Source: Eledone cirrhosa
Lineage: Eukaryota
Direction of reading: 5' to 3'
Length of the DNA: 64,000 bases
NCBI GenBank assembly: GCA_964016885.1
Contig: OZ024743.1
Span: forward strand, 324,570,001 to 324,634,000
The translations under genes were made by a program, and so were the position numbers. The notes beneath the pieces are model-generated. The model saw nothing but the letters and a program-made list of their open reading frames with translations, was not told the origin of the DNA and searched no databases. Shown here in pieces: positions 41,083-56,700 of this stretch (positions within the stretch are counted from its first letter, which is position 1; the number at the start of each line of letters is the position of its first letter).

Positions 41083-41131
41083 CATCCCTTTTGATGAGGG
41101 TCGAATTAGGTCCGAAAATCGATTAAGGATG
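41083..41131 (+). ncRNA. Type I hammerhead motif, C3U variant
   Basis: CAUCCcuU-UUGAUGA-GGGUC(gaauua)GGUCC-GAAA-AUCGAU-UA|AGGAUG, with palindromic AAUCGAUU stem III. Confidence 0.65.
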
Positions 41132-41250
41132 TTTATATTTTTTTTTCAATTTACAGCGAAATTGATATTTCCCGGCATGTTTACATGCCTACATATTAAA
41201 TATTGTGTATATTTATATACACATTGCTGAAGTCGCGGCTACCCACTCTG

Positions 41251-41287
<37 letters not shown>

Positions 41288-41585
41288 CAGAATTAGCCGT
41301 CGAAACGGCTTGAGCTCAGCTGTCGGGGTCTTACTGGTTCCTATATATATATATATATATACCAAGACACCAAAAATATTTTCGTCTCATATATATATAT
41401 ATATATATATATACCAAGGCACCAAAAATATTTTCGTCTATCTCACTTACATATCGATCTCCCTACCATAGTGACAGGCTTATAATACCGCTAGAAATAG
41501 CAGCCAAAAGATGGTCTGACACACCTCAACAAATCAGGAGCAGCTTATAAATACTTGAATATTAAGTAGTCTTAATTATTAAACA

Positions 41586-42014
41586 TCTCAATGAATTGAT
41601 AAAATATATAGACAAAATATCACTCGGAGAAGCAATATTGCATATTAAATTTAAGTGAACAAAAAAACAACTACCGTATTTATGGGAGTATAAGCCAGAC
41701 AGACCAAAACAATTTCTAGTCTATCTCATTTATATATCGATCTCCCTACCATGGTTTCATTTGAGGAAGAAGTAATTATTGGAAAAGACCATTATTTGAA
41801 GAATTCACAAATTCGTCAGGGGAGTATTCTTAAATTCAAAGAGACTATATATGAAACCATGGTAGGGGATCGATATATAAATGAGATAGACTAGAAATTG
41901 TTTTGGTCTGTCTGGCTTATACTCCCATAAATAGTTGTTTTTCACTTAAATTTAATATGTAATATTGCTTCTCTGAGTGATATTTTATCTAAATATTTTA
42001 TCCATTCATTGAGA
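41586..42014. repeat. Inverted repeat, ~170-bp arms
   Basis: 41586-41760 versus 41851-42014. Partial related copies occur at 41360-41470. Confidence 0.85.
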
Positions 42015-42030
42015 CTAATTAATAGCTAAT

Positions 42031-43359
<1,329 letters not shown>

Positions 43360-43433
43360 TAATGGTAGCTAAGATGCTTCCATAGGCGGTATGCCGGTTG
43401 AGCACTCTATGCTTCTACGGAGCAGAGTATTAT

Positions 43434-43732
43434 AGAATGGAAAACGAAAAATCAGTGATGCATCGGAACTCAATTTATTGTGTGTTACAATTGTTTTCCC
43501 GGCGAACAGCTCGAGGTGTGATGCATGTGTGGATCTACCTGACTCTAGACTCGCTGGTTCCTCGGACACGTCTATTGATTTCGGATCATATCCTCTTTCA
43601 GAAAGAGGATATGATCCGAGGAACCTGCGAGTCTAGAGTCAGGTAGATCGCACCTCGAGCTGTTCGCCGGGGAAACAATTGTAACACACAATAAATTGAG
43701 TTCCGATGCATCACTGATTTTTCGTTTTCCAT

Positions 43733-43735
<3 letters not shown>
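43434..43735. mobile_element. Inverted pair of HHR modules with a perfect central hairpin
   Basis: Arms 43434-43566 and 43615-43735. Centre TCGGATCATATCCTCTTTC-A-GAAAGAGGATATGATCCGA. HHR reads GUGU-CCGAGGA-A-CC.GCGAG...UUCGCCGG-G-GAAA-CAAUUG-UA|ACAC (the left copy has G12A; the right copy lacks the 5' strand of stem I). Confidence 0.8.
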
Positions 43736-43781
<46 letters not shown>

Positions 43782-43801
43782 CATTCTATATATATATATA
43801 T

Positions 43802-43841
<40 letters not shown>

Positions 43842-44027
43842 GAAGAAAGTTGGTTGATTGAAAATCTGCTGACGTTATCTTAACAGATGTAAAGCACTCC
43901 CCGATTTTTGTTCATCCGGAGTTTTATTATATAAAATAAACAAGAAAGACGGTTTCATTTGTTAATCTCTATTTTGTACAAAATAAATAGGTATGTTCAA
44001 ATGAGAACGTCTTTCGTGTGCGTGGGT

Positions 44028-44072
<45 letters not shown>

Positions 44073-45324
44073 AAAATCAATATAGACATACGTCTGACAA
44101 TACTCTCAGGAAAGCTTCCATTCTGAACACGAACACAATTGAGACGAGACAATTTTCACCGTGATACAAACAAATTAGCTAATAAATGAAAACGTTATCA
44201 TTATTATTAGTAAACAAACAAATAAACAAACAAATAAAACATTATTATTAGTCAAAAGAAATAATTATTATTATCAGTAGTTGTTATTGTTGTTGTTATA
44301 TTTAAATTAGAAATATATAATACATACGAAGTCACAATTATTAATATCATTAATATTATTTATAAGTATAGTGAGATGGATTGGTAGAATCGGTAGAACA
44401 TAGTTAGGACTTTCTACATTCTGTGTTCAGATCGATTTTGCTTTTCTACAAACAGAGATCGATAAATTTAATTACCAGCTAAGTACTGGGGTCGATATGA
44501 TCGATTTTCCCCTTGACCCAAATTGCTGCCTTTGTATCGATGTTATGGAAATTACAGAGGAAAGAATTTTCTCCGTTTTCTTTTTGTTTTTTTTTTCTTT
44601 GATTAATAAATAAATCCGTATTATACTTCCATGCCTGACACTTCCAACATACAGAGGAAAAAAACCTAGAATGGTTTGATTTTTTGAGGGGACAATTATT
44701 GTTAATACTGCTGAAGCTACTTGAGGGCTTTCAACCTGGAGAGGGTGAAAACTAGACGAAGTAACGTGTGGGTTCCTGAGAGTACTATTCCAGTAACACC
44801 GCATGTCGTACTACAAGTACATTTCCTTGTTTCCTGAAGAGGACGCTGTCATGTTGCCTCCTTCTAATCCTGCAATAGTAGAGGAAGCTACATCACACTT
44901 GGTCTTATAGGTGAAAGATGCCAAAGTTCCACCTTGTTTATGATGATGGTAAAATGGAGGTTGAGGAAGGTCTACAAAATGGCGTAAAAGAATTAGAAAA
45001 GAAGGAGATAAAAAGGAAATAAAAAACAGTTTGTCAAAAGTCTTTAAAAAATAGTTAGTAAGATTCAACGAAATATATGGTCGGCAGAACCAACAAGTTC
45101 GGTTTGCTTAATAAAAGTGTACGAATTGGAGGAGGTAAACCGATGCCATGTATTGATAAACACTGGAGTGGGATAGACTTCCATCTAACCACAAAGAATT
45201 ATACGTAAAAATGAATTCTTTATTGAAAAAAATGAAGTCCTTTATTAAGATGAACCCACCGAAAGAGTGCTCTCGGTGAGGGACTTCAAGGGATTTCCAA
45301 GAATGTATGGTGGGTAAGTAGAAA

Positions 45325-45875
45325 TATGGGTGCCTTGTCACGATTTAACTAGTGGATTCCAACATGTGAGTGGAGTTAACACAAATGTGTGGTGCTGTGA
45401 TACATTTAAGCAGTGGGTTCCAACTTGTGATGTGGGTTAGTACAATATGGGATGTGTGTGAGTGACAGCTCACACCTCTGCAGGTTTAGCTGGCCTCCTA
45501 CAAGGGATATCTCGTTAGAGGTGTCTTGGGTGTTTTAATGATATGGATCCCAGTCCTATCATCTCATTTCTACAGCTGAGTAAACTGGAGCAACGTGAAA
45601 TAAAGTGTCTTGCTCAAGGAAACAACACATCACCCGGTCCGAGTATTGAACTCACAACCTTTCGATTGCAAGCCTAATGCTCTAACCACTAAGCCATGCG
45701 CCTTCACATAATATGGGGTGCTATGACACGATTCAAGAAGTGGGTTCCAACTAGTGAAGGAGGTTAACACAATGTGGGATGCTGTGATACGATTTAACTA
45801 GTGGGTTCTAGCTTGTGAAATGTACTAATACAATGTGGGGTGCTGTGACACTAGTGAGTTTCCACCCGTGTGTGG
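45325..45875. repeat. Diverged ~61-bp minisatellite interrupted by a SINE-containing insert
   Basis: Units ATRTGGGRTGCTGTGAYACGATTTAASYAGTGGGTTCCAAC...TAAYACA start at about 45325, 45385, 45711, 45772 and 45833. Confidence 0.75.
45560..45706 (-). mobile_element. SINE family B
   Basis: CAACGTGAAATAAAGTGTCTTGCTCAAGGA...TGCTCTAACCACTAAGCCATGCGCCTTC. Confidence 0.8.
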
Positions 45876-46195
45876 GTGGGTAAACCTAAATGGCTTTTCA
45901 TGTTTCATATATCTTCTGTTAATTACTGTGTTTGTGTCTTTTCCAAGTACTTTATACCTATTTCATGATTTTCTGTTTCTTAGAAATAATTACAGAAGAT
46001 CTTGTTCTTTTTCTTTAATTAATGAATCCGTTGCGTACCTCCATACGATACAGTTTCAAAATACAGAGGACCCCCCCCCCCCCCCAAAAAAAAAAACAGA
46101 ATGGTTTGACTTGGTGAGGTGACATTTATTGTTAATAGTGTTGAAGATACTTTATTCAATGTGAAAGCTCTTGTGGCAAATGTACTAATAATAAG

Positions 46196-46366
46196 TGTTT
46201 CTACTATAGGCACAAGGCCAGCAATTTGAAGGGAAGGGGAAGTCGATTAAATCTACCCCAGTGCTGAACTGGTACTTTATTTTATCGACCCCTTAAGGAT
46301 GACAGGCAAAGCTAACCGCGACGGGATTTGAACTCAGATCGCAAGGGGCCGTAACTCTATGCTGCG
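46196..46366 (-). mobile_element. SINE family A variant
   Basis: Family motifs plus an extra GGGGAAGTCGATTAAATC segment. Confidence 0.8.
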
Positions 46367-46406
46367 ATAATAATAATGATGATAATAATAATGATAATGA
46401 TAATAG

Positions 46407-46456
<50 letters not shown>

Positions 46457-47186
46457 GCTGGTTTGCACAACAAATATGATGATTACTGGATCATCTACTA
46501 TGTTTCGTGGCTCAACAAGGACATTAGACAACCAACAATTTTCACAGTATATGTGCAGTGCTCAATTATCGGCCGACTCTGTCCTGAAGATCTCCACACT
46601 TCCTTCTTTTGGTGAAAGAGCTTGTGTGGTGGTGTCATGACAGAAAGGAGTGAAGATAGACACATTCTTCTTCGGTGAAGTTCTCATCGACTTTTTCATG
46701 CTCCACTTTAAAAAAAAAAAGTCAGGGTGGAGAGGAAGTGCTGCTCTGCTCCAGTATATATGTTAAAAGGTGGGTGAATGTAGCGAGAATGTAGCATGCA
46801 TCTGTAGACTAAATAGAATAGAAAGGTAATGGGTGTTTGGTTATGGTGCCCTTGTGGGGGTTCCTTTTACTCCTAAGTGTTGCTCCTCTATATTGAGGAA
46901 TTCTGTTTTCTTCTTCTTCTTCTTCTTCTTCTTCCTAAGAGGGTCGTAAATACTCCTTCCAACGGGTTCTGTCAGAAGCAACAATTTCCAATTGATCGAA
47001 CTGAATTCCTAAGCAAGACCAGCCAAGCTCATAGATGTTATCCCTGGGTCTCCTGTCGGTTAGTTTTGCTCGTAAAATTTGTCCAGCGATTCTTTCCAGA
47101 GACATTCTGACCACATAGCCATGTCTATATCTAAATCACCATTGCACCTGTTTATTGTATTGTACTCGGAGTTTTCTGCCCCAGAA

Positions 47187-47396
47187 ATGGCAGTATCTGT
47201 AGAGCACCGGACAGCATGTTTTGTGGTATATAGTTACGTCCCTTTACATTCTGGGTTCAAATCCTGCCGAGGTTAGCTTTGCCTTTCAGCCTTACGGTGT
47301 CGATGAAATAAAGTATCAGTACCGCAACGCAATGGGATCGATTTAATCGACTTTCGCCTCCCCATAAATTGTTGGCCTCGTGCCAAATGCAGAAAC
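47187..47396 (+). mobile_element. SINE family A variant
   Basis: TGGCAGTATCTGTAGAG...GGGTTCAAATCCTGCCGAGG...GGCCTCGTGCC...GAAAC. Confidence 0.8.
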
Positions 47397-47583
47397 TATC
47401 CCCATGAATATCATCACCATCGTCATCATCAACATCGTCTATATGATCAACGTCGTCATCTTCATCATTATCATCCCCATCATGGACAACACCATCATCA
47501 TCATCATCACTATCATCATCACCATCCTCAGCTTCATCATCACCACCATCATCACAGCCAACATCAACTTCGTCACCACCACC

Positions 47584-47617
<34 letters not shown>

Positions 47618-47775
47618 TTAATCCTACATTTCAACACTGTCAATGTCTGTTTATTTCTAAATGAAATATTTTTAATATTTTTAAAATTATTTTTCTTTTC
47701 CCTTATTTTCTTGTTCGTCATTAATTTCACAGTTGAAATCTTACAAACATGTTCTTCTCTCTCCTAGTGTGTATG

Positions 47776-47807
<32 letters not shown>

Positions 47808-48177
47808 TGATACTGGTGGGTGTGGAATTGATGGTGGTGGCGATGGTGGTGATGGTGGTGATAGCAGTAATAGTAGCAGCAGCAGCAGCAGTAGTAATAG
47901 TAGTAGTAGTAGTAGTAGTAGCCGCAGCAGCAACAGCAGCGATGTTGGTGTTGCCAGGTGGTGATACTAACAGAAACACAGTCGTTAGAAAGTTGCGGTA
48001 CATGTTCCGACTCTCTGCATTCTGTGTCCAAATCCTACTATTGACATACGGCATTTCTTATACATTTTAAGCCTGGCGGAGCCCATCCCTCTCCAGGCCT
48101 AAGTACTGCAGGTTTCTTCCAGAGAAAGATAGAAAGTGAGAGAGAGAGAGGAAATGAGAAAGAGATATATAAGAAGA

Positions 48178-48328
48178 ATTGACCCCAGTAGTAGACTGGT
48201 ACATTTTTATCGACCTCGAAAGGATGAAAGGCAAAGTTGACATTCGCTGGATTTGAACTGAGAGAACAGAGAGCTGGATCGAAAACCATAAAGTATTCTA
48301 TCCGACGTTCTAACGACTCTGCCAGTTC
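48178..48328 (-). mobile_element. Older SINE family A-related copy
   Basis: GACCCCAGTA..ACTGGTAC.TTTTATCGACCTCGAAAGGATGAAAGGCAAAGTTGAC...GGATTTGAACT. Confidence 0.7.
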
Positions 48329-49361
48329 GCTTATGTTATCTACTTTACTACCTTATAATTCAGAGGGCCAGTCTTCTCAGACACCGTGTCACATTGAATC
48401 CACGTGTCTGTTGATTGCTCAGCCATTTACACGTTGTTTTCATGGACAGGTTCACCATTGATCGAACAACTGGAACACTCATCATCGAAACCGACAGAGG
48501 TCCATTCCAAACTACGTCTCACCTGTCTGAGTAGTCCTGAAACGTATCATGGACACTGCCCTTCCCTCTTGACTAAACAGTTTTGAAAGTGACCGCAATA
48601 ATAAAGTCGGTCAACAGCCAGAGCCGGCCCCTGGGTATTTAATACCCTTGGTTAGCTCAACAGTGTGCGTCTCCTATACCAACTTTCACCCCCTTTCTTT
48701 CAGAAATTCGCCTCCCTTCTCACAGTTATTCGCCCCTCCTTTCTCCCAGTCATTGCCCCCTTCTCCCAGTTATTGCCCCCCCCCCCCCTCTTCCAGTTAT
48801 TCGCCCTACTCTCTGTTACAGTTTGCTCTGAACACACACTACGAACATTACCATGTCTGCATTTTCAACATTTTCAACACAGTCCCCCCACACCCCCGGG
48901 TTATAACATGTGATAGGTCATAACACCACACCACCTTCTCCACCACTTGAGATATTTCCACAACACTGCTACACAGCAAATATGTTTAGCGGTTTATTTA
49001 TTGACGGCAGGAAATTATTACATATTTAATTAAATAATATATATTTGTGAGGTGTGCGCCCTAAACGATTGTCTACGTGGCCCAACAGTAGCACCAGCCC
49101 TATCAACAACAACTAGTATTTTCATGAATACAAACCCAAGTAACTGAAATCTCTGAAAATTAAATTCATGATCGATTCATTAATATCGAAAATATATTAT
49201 TTAATGTAAGTTATCTTATTCATTAACATTATAAAGCAATGAAGTATAAAAAATAATTGCAAACAAACGAAATTTATTCATTATATTAGACATTAAGACA
49301 CTTAATTTACAAAACAGAAAATTAAAATCTTTAAAGTCGTTTTTGCTTTTTAATCAATAAC

Positions 49362-49540
49362 TGTTTCTACTTTTGGCACAAGGCCAGCAATTACCCAGTA
49401 CATTACTGGTACTTTATTTTATCGACCTCTGTATGGATGAAAGGCAAAGTTAACCTCGGCGGGATTTGAACTCAGATCGTAAAGGGACGTAACTATGCTG
49501 GAAAGCATATCCGACCCTCTACCGATACTGCCAATTCACC
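49362..49540 (-). mobile_element. tRNA-derived SINE family A
   Basis: Matches the family consensus. Confidence 0.88.
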
Positions 49541-50759
49541 GCCATAATTGTTGGCGAATAGGCAAAGTCGTTAGGGTGTCTGTATGTGTTCCAGCTCCCT
49601 GAGTTCAAATCTCACCCAAGTCAATTTTGTTTTTCATCCTTTCGAGGTCGATAAATAAAATAGCAGTCCATGAGGTGGTGGGTTGGTGGAATTGTTAAAG
49701 ATTCGGCCAGGATGCTTTGTGGTGTCTGATCCGGTTCTGTGTGTTGTCACTCCAAATTCTGTCTCCTTCTACCAGGGAGTTGCGACTGCCAGACAGTATC
49801 AATAATAGCAAAAGCAATGGAAGCATTGTTTCCTTTGTCCGGTCTGACGATCGATTTCGTTCCTTTAAAAAATTCTGTCGATTTGGCAGTCAGTAGATCG
49901 TTGGATAGAATGCTTTACGATATTGTGTTATGTGTTCTGAATTCCCACGCCTTGCGTTCAAATCCCGCCGTGGTCCACTTGGGTTTTCCTTCTTTCAAAG
50001 TTGATAATGGAAGTACTCGGTTAGCTGCCGTATCCTGGAAATTCTGTTGGATCAAGGGTGAAAGATTCGAGAGAGTATCTATATTTGCTTCAGACCTGTC
50101 AACTCTTCCCGTCCTACGGGGAGATCTCCCACACACTTTGGGGTAGGTGAGAGATGTCTTCTTTTGTGAAAATCGGTAAAGCCCTCATTGTGTAAATTCT
50201 CCCCATTTTGTTTCATTTCTCCTCGTTTGGGGTCACTTTCTTTCATGGTACACCCCGTTTTGGTTTTTAGAGGTTGGCAGGTCTACTGCTTGCAACTATC
50301 TGGGATCCTAAAACCATGAGTGAAAGCATGACCCATGCTACCAAGTCAATCTCGATTGCCAGTAACAGCTGTAGTTCTTGTTTTAAATCGATAACAATAA
50401 TAAAAAACGAAGTAAACAATGTAGACATCTTGGAAAGAAAATAATATTGGAAAACCTTCATTTAAAATTTGAAAACTAAACAAACACAGATAAATTGTAT
50501 GTCTTCACATTCTCTGGATATTGCGCTACCATCAGCATATTGGGTGATGTGACGAGGAGGGATGAGACATTAAATATACGTCTGTACACTTCACTCCCCT
50601 TCTCCCTCTCCATCTGCACACCCGACTTAACCCTCATCATCTTTCTCCTTCCTCTTTTCCCATTTCTCCCTACCCCTCCTTTATATTCTCTTTCATCCTC
50701 TTTCTACTACTAAGACTAGTATTACAAGCACTACCCGATTATTATTACTTTCAACATCC

Positions 50760-53700
50760 CCACCACTGGTACTACCAATACCACTAGTACTACCACCACT
50801 ACCAATACCACAAGTACTACCACCACTACCAATACCACGAGTACTACCACCACTACTAATATCACAAGTACTACCAGCACTACCAATATCACAAGTACTA
50901 CCACCACTACCAATACCACAAGTACTACCAACACTACAAATACCACAAGTACTACCAGCACTACCAATATCACAAGTACTACCACCACTACCAATACCAG
51001 AAGTAATTTCACCAATACCAATGCCACAAGTACTACCACCACTACCAGTACCACAAGTACTACCACCACTAACAATACCACGAGTACTACCACCACTACT
51101 AATATCACAAGTACTACCACCACTACCAATACCACAAGTACTACCAACACTACAAATACCACAAGTACTACCAGCACTACCAATATCACAAGTACTACCA
51201 CCACTACCAATACCACGAGTACTACCACCACTACTAATATCACAAGTACTACCACCACTACCAATACCACAAGTACTACCAACACTACAAATACCACAAG
51301 TACTACCACCACTACCAATATCACAAGTACTACCACCACTACCAATGCCACAAGTACTATCACCACTACCAATGCCACAAGTACTATCACCACTACCAAT
51401 GCCACAAGTACTATCACCACTACCAATGCCACAAGTACTACCACCACTACCAGTACCACAAGTACTACCACCACTACCAATACCACAAGTACTACCACCA
51501 CTACCAATACCAGAAGTACTATCACCAATACCAATGCCACAAGTACTACCACCACTACCAGTACCACAAGTACTACCACCACTAACAATACCACAAGTAC
51601 TACAACCACTACCAATATCACAAGTACTACCACCACTACCAATACCACTAGTACTACCACCACTACCAATACCACTAGAACTACCACCCACTACCAATAT
51701 CACAAGTACTACCACCACTACCAATACCACAAGTACTACCACCACTACCAATACAACAAGTAGTCCCACCACTACCAATACCACAAGTACTACCACCACT
51801 ACCAATACCACAAGTACTACCACCACTACCAATACCACAAGTACTACCACCACTACCAATACCACAAGTACTACCACCACTACTAATATCACAAGTACTA
51901 CCACCACTACCAATACCACAAGTACTACCACCACTACCAATACCACAAGTACTACCACCACTACCAATACCACAAGTACTATCACCACTACCAATGCCAC
52001 AAGTACTACCACCACTACCAGTACCACAAGTACTACCACCACTACCAATAACAAAAGTACCACCAACACTACCAATACCACAAGCACTACCACCACTAAC
52101 AATACCACAAGTACTACCACCACTACCAGTATCACAAGTACCACCACCACTACCAATACCACAAGTACTACCACCACTACCAATATCACAAGTACTACGA
52201 CCAGTACTAATACCACTAGTACTACCACCACTACCAATACCACAAGTACAACCACCACTAACAATACCACAAGTACTACCACCACTACCAATACCACAAG
52301 TACTACTACCACTACCAATACCACAAGTACTACCACCACTACCAATACCACAAGTACTACCACCACTACCAATACCACAAGTACTACCACCACTACCAAT
52401 AACAAAAGTACCACCAACACTACCAATACCACAAGCACTACCACCACTACCAATACCACAAGTACTACCACCACTACCAGTATCACAAGTACCACCACCA
52501 CTACCAATACCACAAGTACTACCACCACTACCAATATCACAAGTACTACGACCAGTACTAATACCACTAGTACTACCACCACTACCAATACCACAAGTAC
52601 AACCACCACTAACAATACCACAAGTACTACCACCACTACCAATACCACAAGTACTACTACCACTACCAATACCACAAGTACTACCACCACTACCAATACC
52701 ACAAGTACTACCACCACTACCAATACCACAAGTACTACTACCACTACCAATACCACAAGTACTACCACCACTACCAATACCACAAGTACTACCACCACTA
52801 CCAATACCACTAGTACTACGACCACTACCAATACCACAAGTACTACCACCACTACCAATACCACAAGTCCTACCACCACTACCAATACCACAAGTACTAC
52901 CACCACTACCAATACCATTACCAATACAACAAGTACTACCACCACTAACAATACCACAAGTACTACCACCACTACCAATACCACAAGTACTACCACCACT
53001 ACCAATACCACAAGTACTACCACCACTACCAATACCACTAGTACTACCACCACTACCAATACCACAAGTACTACCACCACTACCAATACCACAAGTACTA
53101 CCACCACTACCAATACCACAAGTACTACCACCACTACCAATACCACAAGTACTACCACCACTACTAATATCACAAGTACTACCACCACTACCAATACCGC
53201 AAGTACTACCACCACTACCAATATCACAAGTACTACCACCACTACCAATACCACAAGTACTACCACCACTACTAATATCACAAGTACTACCACCACTACC
53301 AATACCACAAGTACTACCACCACTACCAATACCACAAGTACTACCACCACTACCAATACCACAAGTACTATCACCACTAACAATACCACAAGTACTACCA
53401 CCACTACTAATATCACAAGTACTACCACCACTACAATACCACAAGTACTATCACCACTACCAATGCCACAAGTACTACCACCACTACCAGTACCACAAGT
53501 ACTACCACCACTACCAATACCACAAGTACTACCACCACTACCAAAACCACAAGTACTATCACCACTACCAATACCACAAGTACTACCACCACTACCAAAA
53601 CCACAAGTACTACCACCACTACCAATACCACAAGTACTACCACCACTACCAGTACCACAAGTACTACAACCACTACCAATATCACAAGTACTACCAACAC

Positions 53701-56700
53701 TACCAATACCACAAGTTCTACCACCACTACCAATACAACAAGTACTACCACCACTACCAATATCACAAGTACTACCACCACTACCAATACCACTACCAAT
53801 ACCACAAGTACTACCACCACTACCAATACCATAAGTACTACCACCACTACCAATATCACAAGTACTACCACCACTACCAATACCACTACCAATACCACAA
53901 GTACTACCACCACTACCAATACCATAAGTACTACCACCACTACCAATACCACTAGTACTACCACCACTACCAATACCACTAGTACTACCACCCACTACCA
54001 ATACCACAAGTACTACCACCACTACCAATACCACAAGTACTACCACCACTACCAATACCACAAGTAGTCCCACCACTACCAATACCACAAGTATTACCAC
54101 CAATACCAATACCACTAGTACTACCACCACTACCAATACCACAAGTACTACCACCACTACCAATACCACAAGTACTACCACCACTACCAATACCACATGT
54201 ACTACCACCACTACTAATATCACATGTACTACCACCACTACCAATACCACAAGTACTACCACCACTACAAATATCACAAGTACTACCACCACTACCAATA
54301 CCACAAGTACTACCAGCACTACCAATACCACAAGTACTACCACCACTACTAATATCACATGTACTACCACCACTACTAATATCACATGTACTACCACCAC
54401 TACCAATACCACAAGTACTACCACCAATACCAATACCACTAGTACTACCACCACTACCAATACCACAAGTACTACCACCACTACAAATATCACAAGTACT
54501 ACCACCACTACCAATACCACAAGTACTACCACCACTACTAATATCACATGTACTACCACCACTACCAATACCACAAGTACTACCACCACTACAAATATCA
54601 CAAGTACTATCACCACTACCAATGCCACAAGTACTACCACCACTACCAGTACCACAAGTACTACCACTACTACCAATACCACAAGTACTACCACCACTAC
54701 CAATACCACAAGTACTACCACCACTACCAATATCACAAGTACTACCACCACTACCAGTACCACTAGTACTACCACCACTACCAATACCATAAGTACTACC
54801 ACCACTACCAATACCACTAGTACTACCACCACTACCAATACCACTAGTACTACCACCCACTACCAATATCACAAGTACTACCACCACTACCAATACCACA
54901 ATTACTACCACCACTACTAATATCACAAGTACTACCACCACTACCAATATCACAAGTACTACCACCACTACCAATACCACTAGTACTACCACCACTACCA
55001 ATATCACAAGTACTACCACCACTACCAATACCACAAGTACTACCACCACTACCAATACCACTAGTACTACCACCCACTACCAATATCACAAGTACTACCA
55101 CCACTACCAATACCACAAGTACTACCACCACTACCAATACAACAAGTACTGCCACCACTACCAATACCACTAGTACTACCACCCACTACCAATACCACAA
55201 GTACTACCACCACTACCAATACCACTAGTACTACCACCCACTACCAATACCACAAGTACTACCACCACTACCAAAACCACAAGTACTACCACCACTACCA
55301 ATACCACAAGTACTACCACCACTACCAATACCACTAGTACTACCACCCACTACCAATATCACAAGTACTACCACCACTACAAATACCACAAGTACTACCA
55401 CCACTACCAATACCACAAGTACTCCCACCACTACTAATATCACAAGTACTACCACCACTACCAATACCACAAGTACTACCACCACTACCAATACCACAAG
55501 TACTATCACCACTACCAATGCCACAAGTACTACCACTACTACCAGTACCACAAGTACTACCACTACTACCAGTACCACAAGTACTACCACCACTACCAAT
55601 AATACAAGTACTACCACCACTACCAATACCACAAGTACTACCACCACTACCAATACCACAAGTACTACCAGCACTACCAATATCACAAGTACTACGACCA
55701 GTACTAATACCACTAGTACTACCACCACTACCAATACCACAAGTACAACCACCACTAACAATACCACAAGTACTACCACCACTACCAATACCACTAGTAC
55801 TACCACCACTACCAATACCACTAGTACTACCACCACAACCAATACCACAAGTACTACCACCATAACCAATACCACAAGTACTAACACCACTACCAATATC
55901 ACAAGTACTACCACCACTACCAATACCACTAGTACTACCACCACTACCAATACCACTAGTACTACCACCAATACCAATAACACAAGTACTATCACCACTA
56001 CCAATGCCACAAGTACTAGCACCACTACCAGTACCACAAGTACTACCACCACTAACAATACCACAAGTACTACAACCACTACCAATATCACAAGTACTAC
56101 CAACACTACCAATACCACAAGTACTACCACCACTACCAATACCACAAGTACTACCACCACTACCCATATCACAAGTACTACCAGCACTACCAATATCACA
56201 AGTACTAACACCACTACCAATACCATTACCAATACCACAAGTACCACCACCACTACCAATACCATAAGTACTACCACAACTACCAATACCACTAGTACTA
56301 CCACCACTACCAATACCACTAGTACTATCACCCACTACCAATATCACAAGTACTACCACCACTACCAATACCACAAGTACTACCACCAATACCAATACCA
56401 CAAGTAGTCCCACCACTACCAATACGACAAGTACTACCACCACTACCAATACCACTAGTACTACCACAACTACCAATACCACAAGTACTACCACCACTAC
56501 CAATACCACAAGTACTACCACCACTACCTATACCACAAGTAATACCACCACTACCAATACCACAAGTACTACCACCACTACTAATATCACAAGTACTACC
56601 ACCACTACAAATACCACAAGTACTACCACCACTACAATACCACAAGTACTATCACCACTACCAATGCCACAAGTACTACCACCACTACCAGTACCACAAG

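Noticed and set aside
41413-41490. Minus-strand GAC-GAAA-AUAU-UU with a possible stem II
   Set aside because: The CUGANGA box is unrecognisable, too degenerate to call.
44760-47130. Possible ancient LINE coding remnants on the minus strand
   Set aside because: No diagnostic motif could be recognised.
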